DNA from: TPA_inf: Saccharomyces
Taxonomy: Eukaryota
NCBI GenBank assembly: GCA_000146045.2
Contig: BK006934.2
Location: forward strand, 1 to 64,000
Length of the DNA stretch: 64,000 nt
Direction of reading: 5' to 3'
Position numbers and translations under genes: made by a program. How positions within the stretch are numbered: the first letter of the stretch is position 1; every line of letters begins with the position of its first letter. Below are positions 10,214-21,782 of the stretch, piece by piece. Under the pieces are notes generated by a model. That model made no database searches and was not told the DNA's origin. It saw nothing but the letters and a program-made list of their open reading frames with translations.

Positions 10214-11922
10214 ATTTCCTTTGGCCCAAAGAGTTACAACTGTTTTTGGAGCTCAAGTGGAAAGGACACAAGCAAAGTTCTTCTACCAGGATCTCATGTC
10301 TTTATAGAAAAAAGTAAGGTGTAAAAAGGCTACTGGGTAAAATTCACCACGTTATCTTCTTAACTTGCCCTTAGTGAAAAGCTGTATCATTTCAGCTTCT
10401 GTGCAGATTAGTGAGTAACTGTCTTAGATTTGTGGAATCGGAGCACAGAAACTCCAGTAGGGTTGTTACGGACTACGTTCTGAAAGTATATTCCGTTTTC
10501 TTAAAGCAGGTGCAAGTTACTGGCATAACAGGACCCATCACTTCAGCCACAGCTTTGCTTCTAAAGATATATACGACATACTGGTAAAGCACGGAGCCCT
10601 ACGGACGCTCAAAGTTATTCTTTTTTTTTTGTTCCTTACTGTGAACTAAGAACTGCACCCATTTTCTGATTGCTTGCTTGAGATAGGTGCTTATATACCG
10701 GGTGTTTGTATATAGCAAAGGTAGAGGGAGAACGGATTGCACACAACCCGGCCTGACAGGGAAATTTAATATCTGCAGGAAAGTTTCGTATGATCCCGGA
10801 CGGGAGGGAAACCTTTAGAATTTAATAAAAGACGATCATTGGACTCACATAATTTAAATTAACAAGGAAAAATATTGCTAGGTAGGTTGTCGACAACTCA
10901 ATATATATGAAAAAAAAAGAAAGATGCTAAAACGAGGCTTTTTTCTTTTGGACAAGGGGAGTCCAACCGCCCTGCATAAGTTTATTCAGCCTGTGAATGA
11001 CTATAAACCATATATCATACTTCTTGCTTCTTTATACATTTTTTTCAATGGAAATATTTATATAGAAAGGGCGCTGCGCTTTTTGAGGTGAATGTTTTCA
11101 TTTTTCAAGTTATTCAGTAGCGTTACCCAGTTGAGTGGATAGAGAATTCAAGTTTAAAGCTCATCTCAAACAAACAGTAAAGGATTCTACGCGGTACAGA
11201 CTTATTTCCTAGTCGAGCATGATTCGATCATTGACATATATCCCATCTCTTGATCTAAGACTTGATCATTTTCTTTAAATTAAGAGTTTTGGGCAAGTGT
11301 AAAGCAAGGGTTAAATGATTATGTAGTTATGGAAGTACCAAATTCAAGTTCGTAAGAGGCTTGCTTTCTACTGATATATAAAACGCTCGACCGATTGGTT
11401 CTTCAATTGGTATAGCTAATAACTATAGCTGGACTAATTAAGACTTCAAGGACGTCTTACGCAAGCGTGGGTGATTTTATTATTAAACAATTTTTCTGTC
11501 TCTATACGCATATATGTTCTATAACATAAATATGTAATGGATACTAACCTTTTTCTGTGATTAACTTACTCTTTGCGTTACACCTCCATCTGACTCATAA
11601 AACAGGAAGACTCAGATTTATTAACTTTAGCATTTACGCCGCAAATGGTAAATGCTCCGGCCCGATACCCTGAAATAGCAACATGTACGAAAGAAGGTAT
11701 TCAACTGAAGCCTTTTAGACAGACAAGACTATTGGATTATCAAGGCACTATATTTTACCACTACAGTAAATACTTCTGATAAGAACGGCATGAATAATCA
11801 AGTAGGTTTTATAATACTGGTATACATTAATATAATCAACTATTTATACTATCAAAAAAAAAAGCTTTTTTTTTTTTGTTTTTTTAAGTTTTATGGAATT
11901 TCATTCGTAAAGGCGTTTGTCT

Positions 11923-12285
11923 CTAGTTTGTGATAGTGTAGATACCGTCCTTGGATAGAGCACTGGAGATGGCTGGCTTTAATCTGCTGGAGTACCATGG
12001 AACACCGGTGATCATTCTGGTCACTTGGTCTGGGGCAATACCAGTCAACATGGTGGTGAAGTCACCGTAGTTGAAAACGGCTTCAGCAACTTCAACCGGG
12101 TAGGTTTCAGTTGGGTGGGCGGCTTGGAACATGTAGTATTGGGCCAAGTGAGCTCTGATATCAGAGACGTAGACACCCAATTCAACCAAGTTGACTCTTT
12201 CGTCAGATTGAGCTAGAGTGGTGGTTGCGGAAGCAGTAGCAGCGATGGCAGCGACACCAGCGGCGATTGAAGTTAGTTTGACCAT
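11923..12285 (-). CDS. PAU13: Seripauperin (PAU family), 120 aa
   Basis: [51 protein letters not shown]...GIYTITN is the canonical PAU sequence. Confidence 0.9.
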   Translation of the reverse strand: MVKLTSIAAGVAAIAATASATTTLAQSDERVNLVELGVYVSDIRAHLAQYYMFQAAHPTETYPVEVAEAVFNYGDFTTMLTGIAPDQVTRMITGVPWYSSRLKPAISSALSKDGIYTITN

Positions 12286-12489
12286 TGTATTTGTTATGTT
12301 TGTTATGTTTGTTAGTGCTGATATAAGCTTAACAGGAAGGGAAGGAATAAAGACATATTCTCAAAGGCATATAGTTGAAGCAGCTCTATTTATACCCATG
12401 CCTTCATCAGTCATCACTACTTAAACGATTCGTTAACAGACGCTCATTTAGTACCTCGCATATTCTCCATATCTCATCTTTCACAGAAT

Positions 12490-12849
12490 TTGATTATCAC
12501 TATGAAGATGTTATTGTTTTTAAACGAGGCATGCATCTTTATAGATTCCGTATGCGAAGGTATTGTTTTCTGGGGCCTTTGTCTATTCGTATGCGCAGAA
12601 TGTGGGAATGCCTATTATAGGGGTGCCAGAGTGCCTTATAAAACCCTTTTCCGTGCCTTTGAAGTTTCCGTTTTCGGTCAAAAAGAATATCCGAATTTTA
12701 GATTTGGACCCTCGTACAGATTCTTATGTTTAAGCCCATATTCAATTTGCTGTAAACAGCCTCCAATGGAAGAGGTAATACTATATTATCCCTCTCCTGA
12801 TAGTTTAATTAAAAATAGAAAACGTGTATTGGGAGTCGCTTATTTGTAG
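12490..12849 (+). CDS. YHL045W: Small ORF of doubtful coding status (119 aa, Cys-rich)
   Basis: ORF only, with no recognisable domain. I recall a dubious or putative ORF annotated here. Confidence 0.25.
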   Translation: MIITMKMLLFLNEACIFIDSVCEGIVFWGLCLFVCAECGNAYYRGARVPYKTLFRAFEVSVFGQKEYPNFRFGPSYRFLCLSPYSICCKQPPMEEVILYYPSPDSLIKNRKRVLGVAYL

Positions 12850-13564
12850 AGTTTGTAGTTTTTAAGCGTTCTCAGGAAATTCATTGACGCAATTACGTAA
12901 TTGTAGGCCGCTGAGAAGCAGCTAGTATTGGAAGAGCCGCGTATGGTAAAAAAAAAATGTTGAGTTCAGTTTGTAGCAGTACTACAACTCTGTGCGGTGG
13001 GAAAAATTTATTCTTCGAGGCACAGTATTTTTCTTCTAGCTAGATATAAAGAAAAGTGAAAAAGGCAATATATGGCGCTAATGTATTTTATTCAATTAAA
13101 AACTTTCTGTAGGAAATGGTATTAATAGTTGGTATTCCTTGTAGACAAAACCATCGCTATATTCATGGTGACGGCTCATCTCTAAAGCTTCTTAAATGTA
13201 CAGTCAGCTAAGTGTTCTCATAAGAAAGGGTTTGAAGAAGTCTCCGATAGCGTGCTTTAGTATGTTGACGAAAGAAATCAAGATCTAGCTTATATGTCAT
13301 AATGAAGTAAGTTATATTGGAGTTTTTCTGGTAAATTCTACAAAAGTTATGCAACATACTTATTTCTGTCCTCTTCTTACTCGTCTTGCGGCCAAAACTC
13401 GAAGAAAAACATACGGGCCAAGAAAAATGATGCAATCCTCCCAGTTCTAGATATTCCCGCTTTTAAGTCCCGAATTATAACAATATAAAAAGGATATAGA
13501 AAATGTAATTGTTAACTTGTGGTATAAAGACAAATTCAAAAGCAAGTGAGGGCCCGCTAAGGCT

Positions 13565-14272
13565 ATGAGTTCAGAATTATTAATATCTAATTCTAAACCA
13601 AGACCAGAAGGATTAAGAAAATTATGCGAAGGTGAGACAGTGATCCTTCCAAGGGACATAACCCCCAGCAAATGCGCTTATTTCTTAAAACAGAATATCG
13701 TATTCATTTCATATATTTTCATCCATATTATTATTACCATAATCTTAAACCGCCTGGCATTATCTGCACACGGTAATACTTTGATTATTATCTTAGCGGC
13801 TTTACTAATTACAATTTCACTATTCCTTTTACTCCTCTTACCTTACTTAAGCTGCTCAAGATATAAGTTAAGATGTTTAGATGATGATTGTAAGTTCAAA
13901 CTATTAGCGGAAGTCATTACACATAAACCTAACATGGACTTGAGCACATGGGACCGGATTGCATATGACATGAACCAATTTGTATATGACCGTCGTATAT
14001 GTGCAGATAGATCTTTTTTCTACGATGGCAGTTATTGCTATCAGGTTTTTAAAAAGTTGGTGGCTACCCCGTACCTTGTGAATTCCAATATGAATAGTAT
14101 ATATGCTGATCTGGAGATGAGAAGTAATGGAGCAACCAACATTAACGATTCTGGTAATAGTTCATTACACATCGAATTGGGCACTTATATTTTTAAAGCA
14201 TTGGCCGTTTTCAGGAACTCTGTTGACAAGTACTGGGAGGATAAGTATCCAGAGATGGGGGTCACAGTTTGA
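13565..14272 (+). CDS. YHL044W: DUP240 family membrane protein, 235 aa, two predicted TM segments
   Basis: 235-aa ORF with the hydrophobic stretch IVFISYIFIHIIITIILNRL...LLITISLFLLLLLPYL and a C-terminal region (RICADRSFFYDGSYCYQVFKKL) resembling COS/DUP proteins. Confidence 0.75.
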   Translation: MSSELLISNSKPRPEGLRKLCEGETVILPRDITPSKCAYFLKQNIVFISYIFIHIIITIILNRLALSAHGNTLIIILAALLITISLFLLLLLPYLSCSRYKLRCLDDDCKFKLLAEVITHKPNMDLSTWDRIAYDMNQFVYDRRICADRSFFYDGSYCYQVFKKLVATPYLVNSNMNSIYADLEMRSNGATNINDSGNSSLHIELGTYIFKALAVFRNSVDKYWEDKYPEMGVTV

Positions 14273-14900
14273 TTGGAAGGTATTTCTAGGTTCTACTTTA
14301 GTTTTTTATAACGCATCCAGTACAAAGAAATGATATTGGTATTTGGAAAAGTCATTGAATATTCTTGAATAGATTATAAGTGAGCTTCCTTTCTGTATCA
14401 GGATATGTGGCTTAACTTTAAACTCGTATAATAAAAGTACTCGTATTTTTGTGGGATGTTTGCCTCCGTAAATTTATAAATGGCAACAGGAACACTATTA
14501 TAATGTAATGTTACAATATTACTTTTACTGTATAAGTTTAATGCTTTATAAAACTAGATGGCAGCTTCTAAGTTGTGGCTTGTGTCGGAGGTTCAAGCTG
14601 TCCTCCAAGTTCAGCGCAGCGATTATTTGCAAATTATCTACGTAAGGACTATATAAACGTTTCGATGCCCTCTCTTCACATCTTTTGTGTCGAACCTCGA
14701 ACATCGAGCATGCATTGTCCATTTTTGAGCCAGTTTCTGCTTATTCTCGTATTTCAACAATAATGTTGTTGCATAATGTACGCACACTTTGTGCGGCATT
14801 TTATAGCTTACAGATACAGATGAATTTACGAGCTGTATAAAAGAACTACAAGGAAGTTGTAACTGCAAAAAAATGTCACCGGGACGATATCATCACAAAT

Positions 14901-16119
14901 ATGGAGGGCCGCAAAAGTGAAGATGAAAAGAACGAAGCCGCTTTAGCCTGTGATGTCTTTGAATCCTCCAATGCCAAACTACCAAAGAATGTATTCAGAA
15001 GTTCCTTTACTTGGTATTGCTATGAAGTTATCAATAGGTCAGCATTCCATATTTGGTTATTGTTATGTTTAACGCTCATTGTTGGTTGGAAGGTTTTTTC
15101 AGGCATCGGTGGTAGAAGACCATCTGACTCAAACATGGACGGCCCCCAAACCAAACATAAACGGAATCCAGGTTTTTTGAGGCGTCATTCGACCATCGTT
15201 ATCTTAGTTATATCTTTAGCAGTGTCTTTCTCATGGGAAGCTTTCAAAATGTATCGTGAACGCACCTTCGGGAAACAAATCACTCAGTTTGCCAAAGAAA
15301 TTATTAAAAGTGCGCCAAGCACAGATATGGAAAGCTGGGACCGTGTTGCAGCGGATTTTAACTCTTATATGTACGAAAATAAACTTTGGAACACAGAATA
15401 CTTTTTTTGTTGATGGTTCTAGCTGCCATGTAGCATTTAGGAGAACCCTTCTATGGATTTCCTCAAGAATTGACGGCGACTATAAAATAGAATATTTTAG
15501 GAAACACCCTTATATTGAAGAAGCCCTTAAAGTATATTTTGCAGAAGTGGATAGAAAGTGGAATTTAAATACTTCTCAGCAATTGTTAAGCAATATTTCG
15601 GTTGGAAATATCAAACTTCCTGGTCAATCATGTCGTTTCAAATTATTTCATATTTTCAAGAAAGTCATGAAACAGCGTTTTTCTCAAGTAGCAACTGTTA
15701 TATTCTTCGTCATGAGTATCCGTTCTCCAAGAAATCTCGGCTTTTTTTTTACTCTTGCCCTTTTTGTCGTACTTGTTTGCTCCCAGGAATGGTTCTCCTT
15801 TGAAATGAATAGATCTTGTTCAATGAAAGTGGAACATAGAATGCAATTTTTGTCAACTATAATCAGTGAACATCAGAAATCGGATGTGAATTGTTGGGAC
15901 CAAATCGCAAAGAAGATGAATGTATACTTATTTGAGCAGAAAGTTTCCGGCTCAGACGTGTTTTTCTTAGATGGAGCAGATTGTGAGCGCTTTTTCGAAC
16001 GTAATTTCCTCCGTTATCTACCCTCAAGAAAGTCTTCCCATCCTGACCTACCAATTGCTGAATTGTTGCCGTATATCAGAAAAGCCGACATTGCCTGTGC
16101 TGGTAAGCAATTGATTTAA
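14901..16119 (+). pseudogene. ECM34: COS-family gene split by a 1-nt frameshift in a T7 run (15402-15408). ORF 1 is 14901-15413 (170 aa). ORF 2 is in the next frame (track ORF 15256-16119; in-frame ATG at 15667).
   Basis: ORF 1 ends ...NTEYFFC* where COS8 reads NTKYFFFNAMSCQKAFK. ORF 2 continues FVDGSSCHVAFRRTLL..., parallel to COS8. One fewer T would restore a single COS-length ORF. I recall these being annotated as two genes, ECM34 (YHL043W) and YHL042W. Confidence 0.8.
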
Positions 16120-17391
16120 CTACTGAAGTTTGCCTTTGGTTTGAAAAATAATTCTGCCAGCCAGACATGTTTTTAATAGCGCTAACCTAAATAATAATAA
16201 ACAGCAGTGCGTAATAGACTTATGATACTACCTGATAATTAGTTTGACGTTTCACTTCGCAGCCTTTTCTGGTCTGGCCACAAGACTATATGGCATCAAG
16301 AAAGGTGTTTACGTTTATAACACACGTATTGTACAAGCTTTCTGCGTTGGCTTTAGTGTCTGTAGAAAATTATAGAAAATTCTAATTATGTTTTAAGGTT
16401 AAGTGCTAGTGGTGCTCAAAATAAAAAACTGTTTAGTAACTGCTCGTGTAAAATGGAAGTACTCCAAAAGTCCCTTTTCTTACTGAATTGCGCCGATTTT
16501 AACCTTTTAATTCGGATGTTTTATGTTTTTTTTTCTACAATTGCACCCGTTTAGTCCAAGGCATATTACATTTCGATCTGAGTTTAATGAATAGGAAGAA
16601 TTTATTACATAGCATACCAGTCCCTTTTAATGGCACCATATTTTGTGCATATGTGATACATTGGTAGGCCACAGTGCAGATCACACACATCAGTAGCGCA
16701 TAATTATTTTTTTGCCTGTTCAATTTAACTCTGCGCAAATAGCGCATCTCTATACGCACATATCCGATTTCAGCACGAACTATACTGCGGGAACTGTAAA
16801 ACTAAAAGACATGGTAATAATTTTCATGTTTTTCAATCCCTTACAATGGACAATCTAGCCAATGTCCGAATCTGTAAAAGCGGTAGATGAAGAGATTACG
16901 AAGACAGGCAAGTGAAAGATTAAGATAACTTGCTACAACATATGAAAAGGCTTACTTTAGGCTTCAGGCACCCTATAGAGGCCAACCACTTAATAAATTC
17001 TTGGCGTAGTGCAATCAAGCAGTGAACAGAAACAAATCACATGTTTCCTTGGCAGAATGCTCATATAAATGATGACGTAATTTTTACAAGAATGCCATAT
17101 ATTAACTTTTTAGGGCCAAATTAAGATTGAGTTGAAATATTCATTTTTACACTACTAATCTTTTTGAATGCGCGCAGTTTTCTAAGTATCAAGCTCTCTG
17201 CAATCTTGTATGAAAGATGCAGCTAGGCACATAGGAAATGAGAAATCATAGTTATTTTTATTTTTATTTCTCTCCGTAAATATGCACTTCATACAAACAA
17301 GGAAAAAATATGATCAAAGAAAGGCAAAAATAGTAAGTTCAGGCAATATAGAGAAAATAATTTATTTCTACAAGTAGAGGGGCGCAGTAGA

Positions 17392-17841
17392 ATGCATTTG
17401 TATAGCATAGCCAAGTCAACAACAATACTGCGTTTTCTAAGGCATATTTTATTGCCATTTTTGCATCTCTCTATTCATTTTACTAGTTGCTTGTGCAGAA
17501 TAATCTATGTTGGCTGGAAAAGTTTTTGGAAACATTTTTTTTTTTGCGGGCATAAAATAAAAACTCCGCTGTTCATCGCTTCCTACGCAATGTTCTTAGC
17601 CAAGCAAAAAATTATAGTTACAATGTTTGAGGTTTCTTCCGTTCTAGAGAAACTGCCGCAGAATATTTTACTGTTTCACTACCCTCTTCCTTCCAAAATG
17701 GGAAATAATTTATTAATGTCGTTCTTAACACAAAGATCGATCGATGAAAAGGAAATTGATGCATTATTACATCCTAATGCGGTCTATCGTTTCTGCAATA
17801 TGAGAACCACATTCAGAACATTATCCTCATATGGCAAATAA
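17392..17841 (+). CDS. YHL041W: Small ORF of doubtful coding status (149 aa) in an AT-rich gene-poor gap
   Basis: ORF only, low complexity, no motif. Probably non-coding. Confidence 0.15.
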
Positions 17842-19087
17842 ACGAGATATCAAGATACCGGACCCCCTTTTTTACAGTAGATAAACCGGAGAATACCAGA
17901 GTATTTTCCAAATATAGAAAGAAAAGGGTTATTTCTAATTCTCGCTCTCTGTTTTTGGAAGACGAAGTTATTAAGTTTTTGCCTGCATTTGGAAACCTGC
18001 TGCGATTTCCTCGATATTGAAAAAAAGTAAAGGCCACAAGAAAAAAATTTTATAGTTGCCTTGGGATGACAAACAGCTGGATATTATTATTATTGGCAGT
18101 AGCCCTAGTATGTTGTAAAAGAGTTATTTACAAGATTTTCTTTTTACGAGGGCACGTTATAACGTTGGACTCAAGGGGAAAGTTTCTAAAGGCACAAATA
18201 AACATTATGGGCTTATGGAAAAGGTGCCAGTGACGTGATGGTTACGCCTCGCCATTCATGTTAAACGATGTAAATTACTTCTATTACAGGATATTTTCTT
18301 GCCTTCGTTTAGCGTATTATCAGCCCTTTTCTCTGTTTTACAAATAAGGAAAGCGCGACGTCAGCCAATGTGAATACCGTTTATGGTTCAACCTTGTCTA
18401 CATTTAGCTACTTTTTTTTCTTTTTCGAAAGCATTGATGCGTTTGCTCGGTGATTACATCATAATTAGTGAACACACGCAGCAAACCGTGATCACTGCGA
18501 GTATTCTACTCTTGTCATCCCAGACTACAAGTAAATCATACTATCTCTTTACAAGCTGAATGGAATGGGGCTTAGCCGACTGGAAGGATAGGCTTGCCAA
18601 GGAAAAACAAAGAAAAAAAGGCGAGTGGATTTAAGATTCAGCGACCGCCTGTCTTCCCTTCCTTTTTCACCATAGTTGACATAACACTTTATCTTGTCTT
18701 TATATCTCTTCTCGAAGCACTTATGATAACCGACTTCAAAGTCAAGGTACATAATTATTCAACGCCTCTAATTTTTCACTTGTTATGAAGCAAGTGCTGA
18801 GACAACTGGCCAATCGATGTTATAAACAGGCAGAACAAAAGAAGTAAAGATATTACTCTGTTACGTAATATTAAGTAGTGCCGCACTATACATGTAGATA
18901 TGCATATACTGTTATGGTAAAAGGAATATGCAAAGAACTAGACATTTCTGATCTTTTCTTTTCTTGGTTATGATCATTAGAATGGTAGAGTCTTGTAGAG
19001 AGGAAAAAGTAGGAGGTGACACCGTATATTTTGGGCAATATAGTCATGGAAAGTGATATCAAGCAATCATGCAACGTAAACATCAAC

Positions 19088-20971
19088 TTATTCCCGTTTA
19101 AAAGTGAATTTTGATGGAAGTTTTTCAAACCAATCCAAAATTGGATCATTGTCTTTCGTGTCGACATATTCGCCATCCTCGATGTATTCCACAGCAACAG
19201 TATCAGTCAATTTAGGATCCCTTAGACATAAGGAGAATGCAATTAATGGAACACAAAATACTAAAGCCACGATAGTTTCCAATCTTTGAACGTATTTGTA
19301 AGCGTTCATTAAGGCATTCCTTTGTGGGGTACCCCAAGTATAGGTTTCAATGAAAGTATATGGAGATTCGTAGGCAGTTGTGGCTAGAGCAACATCACCC
19401 ATTCTCTTCAAAATTTGTTTGTACAAAGTCTGAGTCCAAATGGCACCGGAAACTGCGGAACCGACAGCAGAACCAATTCTATAGAGGGTATAGTTTAAAG
19501 CTGTAACTGTCGCCATGTTTTCATGAGAGACGGCAGATTGTACAGAGACGGTAACTGGGTAAGTGAACAAAGTAGTGCCCACACCCCAGACACATAATGC
19601 ACCAATAATACCTGAATGGGACTGACTTCCACCTCTAAAGTGGTACAATAAACCCATAGCCACCATCCATAGCGCGCATCCAAACATTATGAATGGTTTC
19701 AATCTCGTACATCTTGTTACAAGTAAAGCGAAAAATGGAGAGGCCACAGTAGAGACAAATGAAGATAATGTGGCAATTCTGGTTGCAGATTTAACGGATT
19801 CATTGACGGCAACAATCATAACCGTGTACAAATAATCAGCGGCCATATAGTAAATAAAATCAATCAGGAAAGAAATACCCATAGAAGACCATACAGCCCT
19901 ATCTTTGACCAGCCTATATGGAAGAATTGGATCTCTAGCGAATCGATATTCCCAAATCCATAAGATAGGGATCAAAACAAAGCCAAGAACAAAGGGGCCG
20001 ATCAATCTTGAATCATTCCAGGTAGTTTTGACCCCACCAGCCAAGGTCAGTGGGACCAAGATACAACCTAGGGAACAACCCATCAAAAGGACACCAACGA
20101 CATCTAACATCCAAAATAATTGCTTTAAGATCTTAATAAAACCATGTTCTTGATAATAGGACTTCTGGCCCTTCAAAGCGTGCCATTCAGGAGTCTTTCT
20201 GGCCCTCCATTGCATGTGCAACATACACAAAACGATTGGAACACATGATAGGGGAAAGATGAAAGCCCACATACCTACATCCCAAGACCAGTTGACAACA
20301 GGATTGGCTCTGGAAGTGATATTACCAGCAATCCATGTGTTGATGATAAAAGGCCAAGTCGGGACAAATTGATACAGCAGTCTCCACTTTAAAGATGAAA
20401 AATCGGATAGGATAATCAAAAGAATAAGGATTACACCCACATAGCCAGCATTGTAGAAAATGGCACCTGCAGCGTATCTTTGAACATCATAAGCTTGTGA
20501 TTGAATAATTGTACCCACAACATATAGGATGACAGCACTAATGAAAAGGTATAGTCTACCAAACACATCAGACAACCTAGCGTATATGATTTGCGAAGCG
20601 GCACTGACCACAGCATTAATGACGTTGATTGTAGACAGCAGAGAATGCTCACTATAGGATGATGTGGCGTAACCAGTGTAAATATAACGGATGTTACCGT
20701 CCAGTCCATAACCGTAGCCACATATGAAAGCACTCAAAAGTAAAATCGCTTGTAAGTACCATTTATTGTAAGCAGAGCCAATGATTTCAGTCTGCTGGAT
20801 AATTAGGCTCCTGTTCTGTCTCAAGGCATTGTATTTTTCAGATAACTGAGGGAGACCATATGAGTCGGAGTTGGAATCGTTATGAGTCTCAGGATTCAAC
20901 TCGTGTTCCATTCCCATGAAGACATGTTTCTTTTCCTCCTTAACAGGATCGCGAGAGTGAACAGACTCCAT
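19088..20971 (-). CDS. ARN1: ARN-family siderophore-iron (ferrichrome-type) transporter, MFS, 627 aa
   Basis: 627-aa multi-TM ORF paralogous to the ORF at 8351-10213. A GGGTGCA (Aft1-type) motif sits at 21225-21231 in its promoter. Confidence 0.85.
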   Translation of the reverse strand: MESVHSRDPVKEEKKHVFMGMEHELNPETHNDSNSDSYGLPQLSEKYNALRQNRSLIIQQTEIIGSAYNKWYLQAILLLSAFICGYGYGLDGNIRYIYTGYATSSYSEHSLLSTINVINAVVSAASQIIYARLSDVFGRLYLFISAVILYVVGTIIQSQAYDVQRYAAGAIFYNAGYVGVILILLIILSDFSSLKWRLLYQFVPTWPFIINTWIAGNITSRANPVVNWSWDVGMWAFIFPLSCVPIVLCMLHMQWRARKTPEWHALKGQKSYYQEHGFIKILKQLFWMLDVVGVLLMGCSLGCILVPLTLAGGVKTTWNDSRLIGPFVLGFVLIPILWIWEYRFARDPILPYRLVKDRAVWSSMGISFLIDFIYYMAADYLYTVMIVAVNESVKSATRIATLSSFVSTVASPFFALLVTRCTRLKPFIMFGCALWMVAMGLLYHFRGGSQSHSGIIGALCVWGVGTTLFTYPVTVSVQSAVSHENMATVTALNYTLYRIGSAVGSAVSGAIWTQTLYKQILKRMGDVALATTAYESPYTFIETYTWGTPQRNALMNAYKYVQRLETIVALVFCVPLIAFSLCLRDPKLTDTVAVEYIEDGEYVDTKDNDPILDWFEKLPSKFTFKRE

Positions 20972-21782
20972 TAGTACGTTGCTATGCAGTGGCTTGAACT
21001 ACTGTCCATATATTTTTAAGAAAGAAAACAAGAGATATAGTGAACGAAAGCAAAAAGAGAGCTATCGAATGTTTCCTCCCCTATATACAATTATTCCTGA
21101 AATCTTCAGTTCTATGCATCTTGCATTACTTCATGTAAACTGTACTCCGATTTGCTTGGCCTTTTTTTCTCTTTGACACTATTTTCCTAACGATATGTGC
21201 TTGTTATATCACACCTGCTTTTATGGGTGCATTTTGATAAATTTGCAATCCCAAACAGGAAAGAAGTGAAAAAGGCCAAGACATATGTGGCTTTCTAACA
21301 AATACAGGCACACAAATTTCGTAAGAGAACAAGTCCTAAAGATGAACGTTAATGATAATATACAATTGTCTTCTCATTTCTGTTGATGGATTTTCATTCG
21401 CAGGTGTATTTTTCCATCGCTTCGTGATAGAGCTGCCAGTACGCTTCATCGCGGTCGCTTACATGCGTGATATTTAGGGGATCTTTCATTGGCTTCCGAT
21501 CAGATAATATGTATCATTAGTCAGCGGAAGTTACAGGTGGAAACCCTCCCCACCTTGATAGTTGTCTTGATTGTATAGGCCTGTAATCTATTACTATTAT
21601 TCTATTGGAGTCCTGCTCGTTGTTCGTTCAAGGCGAATGTGCCTGCGATGAGTTGACTATGAAAAAGAAAATTTTTCAACTTGAACTTGACCATTCCAAC
21701 AAAGAAGAAATGATGGAAGTAAAAAAGACTAAGGAATCAAGCTTGGTGAAGCTACCTCGTCATTTAATTAACGAACTTCTGC

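Noticed and set aside
11500-11560. TACTAAC branch-point-like sequence (ggatactaacc) with a nearby atatgt, suggesting a missed intron downstream of PAU13
   Set aside because: No proper GTATGT 5' splice site and no exon-like ORFs on either side. Lies in the PAU13 3' flank. Probably chance in AT-rich DNA.
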